From Enoplolaimus lenunculus (Eukaryota), in NCBI GenBank assembly GCA_030248215.1, contig JASANG010000753.1, positions 558,001 through 622,000 of the forward strand: a stretch of 64,000 nt of DNA, given 5' to 3'. The notes below the pieces were generated by a model. It worked only from the letters and a program-made list of their open reading frames with translations. It was not told the DNA's origin and did no database searches. Both the position numbers and the translations under genes were made by a program. Below are positions 50,226 to 61,960 of this stretch, in pieces. Each line of letters starts with the position of its first letter. Within the stretch, counting starts at the first letter, position 1.

Positions 50226-53200
50226 GTAGCCAGTTTTTGAGTCGTATTTTCGTCAACTTTATTGAGTCGGTTTATTTCGCAATGAACACAGTCACATACG
50301 ATTTGCGAGTTGAAAATGGGTGCGATTGAAACATCCAATACTTGACATTAGTCCGGGGACGTAGATTTAATTTTGGCAACGAATGAAGCCACATCTATAA
50401 AAGCTTTTTTTGCGACCGACCGTAGCGGTGCGAGAAATATTTTTCTGCTTTACTGCATTGTATACACGGTACTTGTTCACTTTCGACCACACAAAGTTCC
50501 GCTACACAAAATGATTGGACTATAATAGGCTCAGGCTAAAGCTTACATTTAGGCTCAGGTTTAGCCTAAGCCTCAGTTTAAAGCCTAAAGCTTAGAGGCT
50601 TATAAATAATAAACAGTTATAGATGAAAATTTAGCCTTGGAGGGGGGCTAAAAAATTTTCAGGTTGGGCAACAATGGTTTTCGTTGATCTAAAAGGTAAG
50701 GTTGAAATTTTTTAGGGGGGCCAAAATTTTTCAAGGATGGGCTGAGCTCCCCCCCCCCTTGGCCACGGGCCCGAATTTAACCTTTTGTGAGGAAAGTAAA
50801 ACAAGTACTGATATTACTGTATAAGTGATACTTGTTTTCGTTTTTCCAACACCAGTGTTAATTAATTTGTTAGACAGTTTAGCATATTAAGCCTTTAGCT
50901 TCAGCCTATTGTATTAATCCACGTATTTTGTGTATAGTGGAACTTAAGCGGCTGCCCGGTGCGTCACGATTCTGTTTTATTTTTAAAAACGAACCAAAAA
51001 TTTGATTTAAACAACTAATTTTGACTAATAATTTTGCAAATATTTCCCAAATTTTAGCATATATTCCTTAGGCGTATAAATTAAAGTCTTAGGAATAATG
51101 CTTAGACGTGGTTTAAAATTAACCATTACTTCAATGTATGTCGGGAACATAAAAGCCTATCTGATTTTAATTTAAAATCGTATACATAAGCCTTAAGTCA
51201 AGCAAACACTTTAGCTGTATATAAATTCAATGGTTTGAGGAAGACTTTGGTTATATAAAGTATAGTCAAATACAGCATGCGTGCATAGAACGCCTACGGC
51301 ATTGCTAGTCTTTGCCTAATCTGTATATATAGCATTTTATCCTCGATTGCTGTACTTGAGCCAGTAGCCTGAAAACGGGTAGAAAAGGGCTTCTTAAAAC
51401 TGGTTTGGGAAAAATTTTGCTTCGGGTACAAAATACCTATTCCGTTTGTAAGGATAATGTGGAATTGCGTCTTGCTAATGTGAAACGTTCCCTCCCCCCC
51501 TCCCCCCCCGCAAGGCTTTTGAGCTCACCACAGGCGTGGGCTTATATTTGTGTGCACGTGTTTTAGTTGGCATACTTGGTGTTGAAAACACAGTTTTTGG
51601 GTGCTTTCATGCATTAGTTTGATATTAGTACTTAGGTCTGTGAAGCATTTTAAGATTTGGGTTCACATGGTGATTACACTTGAAACCGTTGGCAATGGGT
51701 AGAACGCTTCATATAATTTCCAATCAATCCGGAATACGGAGAAGGAACGAAGGCGTCCGGTCTCTCAGTTAGAAAAGTTTTTAGTGATAAAATGATTGGG
51801 GTTCCTATACAAATTTTTCATTTTGTGCTGGCAAGATTTGTAGTATTCTATATGGACTGCATAAACGGAGTCAAATTCAACTCCGCCATATTAGTCAAAC
51901 GTGGGAATTAGTGAGCCGAATTTGCCTCTACGCGAATTTGACTCAGTTGTGTAGTCGCGTAGAACCTATTACGCAGACAGTCAATTTGACTCACCATTTT
52001 TTGCAGTGTAGGATCAATATACACCCATTGCATGAACCAAAAACGTCAGTTTTATCAATGTGACTCAAATAGTAAAATTTCGTTTGTTCGTTTACGATGT
52101 CTTTCTTAGAGTTGTATAACTTTGTAAGTTTTTCGTGGAAAGGTGCTAAGTTCGGGTAATTATTAAGATTTTAGGTGTCGCGGAAGTATAGCCTAGTACA
52201 TATAAGTCGAAAAGCTGTGAGACATCTTTAGCCCTCCTTGGCCTAAAAATTTCTAGACATTATAAGGTTTTATGTTAAGAACCTTATTTTAACTAACAAT
52301 TCCTGCTTGTGCACATGAGTCTCTATAACGATTGTCTAGTGTTTATTTGGTTTTAACCAAAGCTTTTATTTAGTCAGTTCTGGTTAAATCACATCTAAAT
52401 GTTTTTAAACCCTGTTGTGTTTTTATGCATGATCCACTTTAACTTGCGCCAGCCTTGTGGAAAATGACAATGCCAAATCTCCTTCGTTGATCCGCTATCA
52501 AATTCAAAAAATTTGAATTGTCTGCTATCCTGATGTGACATTCACTCTTTGTAGTGCAATATCATATGATCTAAATGTTGTCTGCCAATATCATATGACA
52601 TGTTTGTTGTGGTAAACTAATTTGAAAGTCCTGGGGAATGTCATATGATACTAACATGTGAAATTTGAATTATTCGTCCTTTAGGAATATATTTTGGAAA
52701 AAGTTTCGCCAGAAACAAAAACGTAGGAGCGAATTCAGCATTCGAAATAATTTAATGCTACATTATTTAACGTTTTACTGCTTGATTAGTGTGCAAAAAC
52801 TGAATTGTCCTGCATATCACATATTTATAGTAGAATTTTGGAATATCATATGATATTCGCAATAAATGTCCCGCGGTATCATGTGACATATGGCTATTTG
52901 TATACGATGGTCGCATGAGATCCGTAACTTGTAAGCCAATATCATGTGACATTCACATTTTGTCGTATTACCCGCTATTTGTTCGCACAATTTTATGTTG
53001 ACGTCGAATTAACATGGGACAAAACGTGTTCCGTGTTGCCTGTTATAACGTGAACTCCGAACCAGTATCCTACCTTTGTCTAATGTTAAAATAGTTGTTA
53101 ACCAGGCTTTGTCTAAATTAAGGTTGTTATCGAATTACTCATACTGTTTTAAGATTCTTATCAATTTTCAGATAGAGTAATGAAGTCAACTTGTGGAAGA

Positions 53201-55992
53201 GTTACTTCTCTGAGGATTCAATTTCCCAATACATTTATAAATTTTAACAGTTTACTAAAACAGTGTGTTTCAGAAACAGTAGTAGTAAATAGCACTATTA
53301 ATTTTCCATAAGGCGGGTGCAAGTTAAAGAGGATCATGCATTATGGCCGGCTTTCTCAAATGTGTGTAGCAACCATCACCAGTTGGTGATAAGTCTTGTA
53401 TCTTTCGAACCTGTGAATGCTATAGGCTCACAATTTAGCAAATTTTTCGCATATAATTTGGTCTACACTCCTGTACCAATTTTGATTTTAACAACTGCAA
53501 TAGTTAGTGAGTTTGAAAACCTATTACTTACTGATGTATTATACATATGTGACAATATTGGCCTAGGTTGGCACTTTAGTTTCAAATGTATTTAGTTTTG
53601 AGTTCATATATTATTAATTAATAAGCAGTGCAGAATAAAATGTGCCCGAAACTTTCAGAGCTTATAGTAGTGTATAGCAAATAGCCACGGACAGTATATA
53701 TTGTTTGTAGTTGAAAGCATCTTTTCGGTATGCGTTACTTCAAATGAACTTTGACAAAGGGTGGCGAATGATTGTCGCGAAAACCGAAATGCTGTCGGCG
53801 ACATATTGACGCCGGAATAGCTTCAGTGTGTATAACCTTTGGTTTAGCCAAAATTTACCGGTATACGCACAATATTGTGGCAATTGCGTGTAAAGTAATT
53901 ATGGACAATGTTAGTGCCATAACAGTAGTAAAAGCATATTACTAATCCTAAATCCTAAAACTTTAGCGCAAAGATAACCCTATAACTGTTAAATCGGCCA
54001 GTGTAAAACATTAGGAGTGAAACGTCTTTCTGTGGGACTGTAATAGAGAAGCTTAAGCTTCCGATTAATTTTTGTTTACGTATATTTTATAGGCTTAAGC
54101 TTAGGCTTAGGCTTATGATTAGCAATATGCTTATGTTATTGTTCCGCCAATGTCGTAAACATTGGAAACTAAACCTATGCCTGTAAAGCCTAAGCCTAAG
54201 CAAAAATAGTCTAATCTCGAAGAACGGCACGCCCGTCACAGTAACTTGAGTCCAAATAAGTTACCGCAAAGTGGCAGGTTTGTTATACGTTGCTGCAGTT
54301 TGTAAACGGGGCTTTAAGTTCCTTTATCTGATACGCTTTGTGCTGTATAACTTGTAACTATTTTCAGATTTTTTGCGAATTTGACCAATTTTTTAGTTTC
54401 AGCATATTTAATCTCACGTTTGGTAAGCCAATGCAACAACTCATAGCAAAGATATTTTAGCAAAAATGATAGCAATTAATCCGATATTTACAAATGTGCT
54501 TACAAACAGATTATACCGGGGCTAACAGGGTTAAATTTGTTTTGTAAATAGCAAAAAGCCCTTTGTTACTTGTTGTAGTCGTTGCTTAATCATTGCCCGC
54601 ACGAATTTTATGATTATTTTTCCTTCACTATTTTGCCTGTGAAAGCACAGTTGCATAACGAGGTTACATACAGGGCGTCATTTTAAATTCTGATCGCTTT
54701 TGATTTATAATAAAACGCCAAGCTTAACTGAGTATGATGCTAATTAGTATATAGCTAGCTTGCAAATCTGGCAACCTGTGAAGGGCATTTTTAAATTTCC
54801 CCTGACACATAACCTGTGAGCTCATAACTTTTGATTTCAAACCCCCCCGCTAAGCGACTTTCTTCTCATACTCCAAAACAGTTCAGAAGCACTTTATCAG
54901 CGATTGGCGACAGCTCCATCCTGCCTAGTGTGTTTTCAAAATGAGGAAGGTTCAAGAGAGCGGCAGCGTCATCCGTTGATAGAGATAAAGCACAAATTTA
55001 ATTAAAAAGTTTTGGTTGTTGCAGAAAAAGTTTCCTCCTACGTTTGTATCGTGAAATTAAATTTTAGGTGCGCAAAACCAAGTCATCTAACGCAAAGATG
55101 AAGAATTCAACTCCGCGCGTCGCTTTTACACAGCATAATATACATGAAAAAATAAAGATTTCTGAACTGTTGACAATATATTTGTGGTTCCGCTGTAGTC
55201 GAAGTAAGGCCACGATAAGTGAAAGTATATGTACATTTAAGTCTTAAAAAATTTAAATTTAACTGAAATTATCAGGGAAGGTTGAGGAGCTAAATCGGCA
55301 TTTTTCAATATATTAAGACCATAGAGCGTGTCCTTGCAGATTTGGACTCATCTTATTGTAACAAAGTAAACAAACAAATCATATTTCTAAGTTTAAACAT
55401 CCTCAGCGTAATAAACACAGGTCTGAAACAAAGCTTAGCCTAAGCCCAAGTAAAAAATTAGTCTAAAATTTAAGCCTTGTCTGTTTCAGTCTTGTGCGAA
55501 ATCGAGCAATAGGGGATCCAAATGTTGGCGGGCGGAAGTACGCCCCCCGTCAGAAATTTTTTATGATAAAATGTAACGTCCCTACAATTATATTTTTTTG
55601 TGATAAATTGATTAGGTCTCTACCTTACAATTTTATCCCCTCAAAAAGTTTTTGGTGAAAAATTGCGTTGCAAAACATTTACGAGTTTGCTCCCGGTCAG
55701 AAATTTTTGGATCTAAAAGCAGGGTACCGCTAAAAGTACAATGGACTGATGTTTGTCCGATTTAGCGTAAGTATATATTAATGTTGTTCTTTCTTCTTAA
55801 AACGTAAAACGACTCGTGTATATATAGTTCAATGGAAGATTGACATTGAGACAGAATATCTATAGCAATGCTTTAAATCAGACGAAGACAAACCAAATCC
55901 ACTCAATCTCAGGTGGCCAACGCCAGTTATTTATTATAGTCACTAGCAATCTTCTAAACCGAATACCCAGCACTATTGAAGCAGATGCATAA

Positions 55993-57728
55993 TGCGTCAT
56001 CCACTTTTAGCTGCACCCACCAAGTGGAAAGTGGCGACGCCTATTTCACACTTCTGTTTCAAAAGGGGGCAATAGGAAATTGAGTTTCTAAAAGTTTGGC
56101 AAGCGGAGAATTGAAGCAATTTATAAACAGTATGAGGATGAGGAAATTGAAAATTCAATATAAAAATTTTGTGATTTCAATTTACCACTGCCGTTTTTAA
56201 AAACAAGGGCAATGGGAAATTGAAACATTTTATAAATTTTTTTGGAAAATTGATGAGCAAATTTTAAACTAAAAAGGAAATTGAAAAACGCACTAAATGG
56301 CAGTGGGAAATTGAGATACAGAAACCAAAGTCAATTACCATATTCCGTTTTCAATGAGAAACAGCATGTGGAAATCGGTTTTGGTGTTACCGGATATACT
56401 TCGTGGGAGGTCAACTTAGTACAAATTTTACTCTGACCTTTTATTCTATTTACTATGCCAAAGCCTGACCTGTCAACCCTGTCAACCTGAGGCATATCTT
56501 TATTGTCTAGTTTGCTTCTCTGGGGTTTCTGTTTGGTTTCGGTTTACACTGTTGCTGGATGCATACGTGGGTGGAAAGCAGCTACTACCAGTTTGCTTCC
56601 GATTTCTATTTTAATTTCGTTTGCAGCTATGCAAATTTTTGATGCGGTTCGTATGCTTTGCAAATTTTTCCTCAGTAGATGCAAATTTCTTTCTATTTAA
56701 GCGCTACCTCAGAAATTCCTTTTCAGTTTTGTTTTCGAGTACCGTAGTGTATTTTGGTTTAATTTTGGCTTTAATGTATTGTTTTCAGAGCATGCCGTTT
56801 TGCTATTTTTGGAGTTATTAACTAAATAATAGCGTCTCGCGAATATATCCATCTAAATTTATCCATCTATTTTTATAAAATACAGTACTAACCGCAGCTA
56901 GTCGTTAACCTAAGCCTATGCCTAAGATATTTAGTCCTTATTCTTACGTGTGCCTAAGCATAAGACTAGTTTTACGCAACCTAAAGCTAAGCCTAGGCAA
57001 GACATAAGATTAATTGTTAAGTCAAATTTGTTTTGGCAATGACTGCTGAGCGTTGCGTAAGCCTAGCGTAAACAAACTTTTAAATCAAATTGCTTTAGTA
57101 TTAATTTATGCTGGGCGTTGCATGTATTTCATTGTTAACTTTAGCACCAAACACAACAACAACAACAACAACAACATGCCCTTAATAATGACCCTAATCA
57201 TTACGTATACACACAACAACAAGAGAACCAATACAGCTACACATACACAACGCACACAACACACGCGTTCTGGTGACCGGAATTTGACCTTCCGGACCAA
57301 CTTAATCGTCAACTGCTTATTTATTGACAATGACACGAAGTTGACCTTTTGCTCCAGATCGAATAAATTTTTATCTACATCAATTAAATTTGCAATTTAT
57401 AAAATTGGGGACAATGTCACACTTACAAACTTAATGTTTTTACGAAGAAATTGAAAGTAGGTAAGTATCGAAAAATGTACTTTACTTCAGTGACCTCTTC
57501 AAATTTTCCCTATGACCTTAAATCTTCATTACCGATAAAGGAAATTGAATTTGGAAATTCGGTCAATTTATTATTGCTCTTGTTTTTAAAAACAGTGGTG
57601 GTAATTTGATTTTGTTGTGATCTTTTCAATTAATTCAATTTCCTTCTGCCCCTCTTTTGAAAAACAGAACTGGGAAACAGGCGTCGCCACTTTCCACTTG
57701 GTGGGCGCAGCTAAAAGTGGATGACGCA
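55993..57728. mobile_element. About 1.7-kb non-autonomous PIF/Harbinger-like element
   Basis: Long TIRs starting TGCGTCATCCACTTTTAGCTGC(A/G)CCCACCAAGTGGAAAGTGGCGACGCCT; TAA on both flanks; no transposase ORF. Confidence 0.7.
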
Positions 57729-57844
57729 TAATAAAAAACTATTTTTAGAATTGTATGTTTTATGCTCATAGCAATCTGGAATCGACTTTTTAAGTACGGT
57801 TTTTTACTGAAAATACTATGATCTGCCGTTTATCCAGCTTGTAA

Positions 57845-60122
57845 ATGTCTGCTAATCATTCATTCGTCAGACCAGTTTCGTTCGCTGTTGTTTTTGGTGG
57901 CGCAATATTTTTTCTTGGTTATATCTATCACCAGCATGTGAACAGGGCTCACGACCTGATCATTGGTAATATCAAATATATTCATGGTCAGATTACAGGT
58001 ATGTGAGTTTTTATTATAAACCACTGTGTATTTATATTGTGCGTATATATGCAGTTTGCATGTTTAGTTGCTCCTAGTAAACTCCATGCGACGAAAGGTT
58101 AAACGTTTCGTCTTGTACTCTAAAACTATCAACAACTAAAGGAAGAGATGCTTATATGCCGATTTCAAGCTTTTTTGTAAGGTTTCTCAAATTCAGTAAT
58201 GCTCACATTCGCATGCCATGAATTAATAAATTTTAAAAGTTTTGACGGCAATATTAAATTTTGGCGGGGAAAAACTTATGCGAGGTTATATCATTTTTGG
58301 TTGTAATACTAATTTCTGCGAGAGTATATATATTTCATTTACGGTTGTAAGATTCGAATTTTGGCGAACAAAATTCAAATTTCGGCGCGTAATTAAAATT
58401 TTGGCGATAAAATTCAAATTTTGGCGGAAAAATTAAAGTTTTCGCGGGAAAAGTTATGGACGGAAACTGAAATTTTATATTTGAAAAAATAGCTCTGGGT
58501 TATGTGACATCAAAAGCTGTTGTGTAGTTAAAGAGTGACATTTCTTGTAAACAACGGAGGTATAAAGATGTCTGCTATATGGTTTAAAAAAACATTGCAT
58601 ATCTAATCCGCGTAGCAAGCTTCATATTGTCGGACTTTGCATGCATGAAGAGCACATATTTATACCATCAAAGCAGTGGGTGCCGCGTTGGACATACAAA
58701 CTTTAACTCCTTTTCAACATAGAGTACCTATACTATGATGAACAAGAGTACAACCAGAGGTCTGCCTCCTGCTACGGCAAAAAATCTGTTCCGGCTCCAG
58801 TCTGATAGAATTTTTGTCGGAGGTTCCGGCAATTTTCGTAATGAATTTTTTCGTACCTTTATTAATTAATATTACCTAATTTCGCTTAACCTTCAGTTCT
58901 GGTTCCGGCAAAATTTGTTGCTTCCGGTTACGACTTCGGTTCCCATTTTGTCGTTTAATTGCACCCCTTTTATAAACAACTGAGCGTAAACTGTATACCG
59001 AGATACACACATTTACAGCACGTAACCGAAATCAAACAAAGCCTAAAATCTCAGGAACGACAACAAAGCTAAAATACTGCCCGTGGTCTCCGACGGCCAA
59101 AAATTACACTTGCGGCGCCGAATTCGGTTCAAATTGGTTGCGATACTTAAAGCAATTTCAACTCACAGACGAAGATATTGAAGCAACAGATGATCAAAGT
59201 GTCCTTAAATTTCAACCTGCGTTCGTTACTGGATTTTCTTCCAACCATTTATATGTAAGCTTAGCCATGGAGCGCTATAGCCAGCATCCGTTTTCAAAAC
59301 GGTATAAAATTAAAGGAAACATTTCGATATCCGCGTACACGGCAAAAATGGTGAGTCAAGTTGACTCCCTCCGAAATAGGCTCTACGGGACTACACAAAC
59401 AGAGTCAAATTCGACTCCGCCAGAGTCAAACGTGCGACTAGTGAATCGAATTTGACTCTGGCGGAGTCTAATTTAACTCAATTTGTGTAGTCCGTAGAGC
59501 CTATTTCAGAGGAAGTCAATTTGACTCACCATTTTTTGCAGTGTAGAAGTACACACAAAACACTATTTCTGAATTTATGATTCAGAAAAGTATTTTCTGT
59601 GGCCAATCTGAAAAGGTTTTCTGATATTTAAAACAATTTTTCTTAAATATCAGAAATATTATTTTGAGTGTAGAATAAGCTCAAGCCAGACGCTTAGTCT
59701 ATATTTTATTTCGGTCGAGTATTAATTCAAAGAACAAATTTTGATCCCTTAATAAGAACGGATCTACAAAAAATTAAGTAAGTAGGTTTACAGGATGGGA
59801 TCCATTTTCATTTTGACTTGATTCCCAAAGATTTGGTTTCAGGAAGCGCTGATGAATGTTATTAACAAATTTGGCCAGCATTTCAAAGACACAAATTACA
59901 CGTTACAAGTGATCGATATTGGTTTGAACGACGAAGAACGCAAACTACTTAGTGATAAACAGAAATATAAATTTATCAACTTGACTCGGTTTAATTTTTC
60001 CGAATATCCGGCCAACGTACAAAACTTAATTTCTTACCGCTGGAAACCGTTAATTATTGCTCAAGCTGTTCGAGATTTTGGAGCCGCTTGGTGGATGGAC
60101 GCAAGTTGTACATGGACTTCAG
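57845..60122 (+). CDS. DUF1647-family protein, paralogue 2, exons 1-3 (57845-57998, 59019-59254, 59843-60122); exon 4 apparently disrupted by the Maverick
   Basis: MSANHSFVRP plus TM segment; motifs PAFVTGFSSNH, VIDIGL, FNFSEYP, YRWKPLIIAQ, WWMDAS. Intron positions and phases match paralogue 1. The remaining exons are not in the window. Confidence 0.8.
59338..59543. mobile_element. Family B fold-back MITE
   Basis: Same termini, TA flanks; a partial copy also lies at about 51866-52008. Confidence 0.8.
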
Positions 60123-61077
60123 GTATTAAAGTTTGCCAATGGTCAATGTAGGTGGCTGTGCCACACTTAAACCTATTTCAAACTAAAAACTAAAACTAAA
60201 ATAAAACCCTATATCAAAACCACACCTTAAGGGAGTCCCTGGCTCCACCTAGTCTCTCTTAGAACTTAAGTTAGGCTTAGGCGTTGCTACAAGGCGTAGA
60301 AATTGGTAAATCGATGCTATGGCGGCTGTGTCCGCAATGTTGAACTTACCTGGGCCCTGCGTGGCCATAGAACGGTATTGATTAATGTTGCAATTGTTGC
60401 TGGCCTAATCTGCGCTTAACGACATAGCTAGGCTATGTCAGCACCAAAATGGTGCTTTATATTGAGTGTCTCCGGCATTGTTGTTGTTGTTGTTGTAGTA
60501 CCGGTTGTGTGGCTCTCGACCTCGACCGCATTGCGGACAAGATCTGGCCATATAATTTGACGCGTGCGAACAATTACCGGGCTTTCAAAAGTTTTAAAGA
60601 AAAAATGGCGGATGCATCCAAATTTTAAGATTTTGGAAGAATTTCGTAACTTGATTTCATTTCGAACAATTGCAGCATATCTCTAATAAAAAATTGTGAG
60701 ATATACACCTGTTTGATAAGTAAATTTGAGCTCGAAATAACAGAATTTTCGTTATTTCTACATCGGAAGCGAAAACGAACAATCAATTTTTACCGGAAGC
60801 GCATACCCGATTACATCATGTCCTAACGTCATTTTTTCAATGGACAAATTATCCATCAACGTTTTTGCTCTTACGCAGAAGTATAGTAGAGGAAAAATTG
60901 GGGTTCTGGCACACTTTTGCACTAGTTGGCACCATGCCAGCCCAAGTTGGCACAGTTCCAACTAGTGCAATAATTTTGAAAGGTCAAATTTTGGTAAGTG
61001 GGACAAGCAAGTTCCACTTGCGTAAATTTTTGAAAGGTCAAATACGCTATAAAACAGTCTTCGTTTAAATGTACAAG

Positions 61078-61113
61078 TATAAAAGGGCTGACATTCGTAA
61101 CATCTATTCAGTT
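61078..61113 (+). promoter_or_regulatory. TATA box plus initiator upstream of NADAR
   Basis: TATAAAAG 61078-61085 and TCAGTT 61108-61113; the initiator A is 32 nt from the first T of the TATA box. Confidence 0.55.
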
Positions 61114-61132
61114 TTCAAATTTTTGTTTATTT

Positions 61133-61894
61133 AAACGACGCATCGATTCATCTGAGCTCAAGCTAGCTAAACCACCCTTTGCACCACTGGAACGCTATGT
61201 CATCAGTGGTGATGACAACTCTACCGTGCTTGTGTTATTTAACAGCGGTTGGAGTTGTCTGTCAAATTTTCGGGCATCACCAATGAAAATCAATGGCGTA
61301 AAGTACCGAAGTGTGCAGCAGTACCTAGAAGCGTAAAGTCATTGTTTATTGGGCGGGCTGATTTGTACAATGTAATAATACAAACGTTCTCTCCCAGAAA
61401 ATGTTTCGATATAATGCAAACAGTAAAAGATGTTGTTCCTGAAGCATGGAACAAAAAATTACCAACCTATTTAAAAGTTGCGCTGACAGCAAAATTTCAG
61501 CAGCATGCCGAGATGCGAAAAACATTGTTAGACACCAAACAGGCGCTACTAGTGTTCGCAACCTCTTTCGACGATTATCTTGGCAACGGTTTAGATATGA
61601 TGGATCCGCAATCTGCCTTTCCGAAAAAGTAAGTAAAATTTACACAAAGCGGATTACCAAAAATGCGAAAAACCTGCTGTGCGCCTGTATGTGTTGCTGT
61701 AAATTCATTGTTTGCATGAACGCAATTCCCTGATTTACTAATGTTAACGTTGGTTTCAGTATCCTAGGCACAATCTGCTTGGCGTGCTTCTAATTGAACT
61801 ACGAGAGCAATTTGTGAAAAAGACAGTCAAGGTCGATGACAAATCTGTCAGACCAGAACAAGCTGAGTTGCCATCAGATTCAGAATTCGTATGA
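61133..61894 (+). pseudogene. NADAR (YbiA-like) domain gene inside the Maverick, with a spliceosomal intron at 61629-61759
   Basis: LSNFRASPMKINGVKYRSVQQYLEA, then a frameshift near 61334, then KSLFIG...W...ALTAKFQQHAEMRKTLLDTKQALLVFATSFDDYLGNGL, then intron gtaagt...tactaat...tttcag, then YPRHNLLGVLLIELRE. These match the NADAR SNF, KFxQ...LLxT and GxNxLGxxLxxxR motifs. There is a 1-nt phase defect at the donor and no intact ATG. Confidence 0.8.
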
Positions 61895-61960
61895 AATGTA
61901 AATGCTGCACAAAATACAAACTTATTGTTTATAATATGTTAATTATTGTGCTTAATACAA

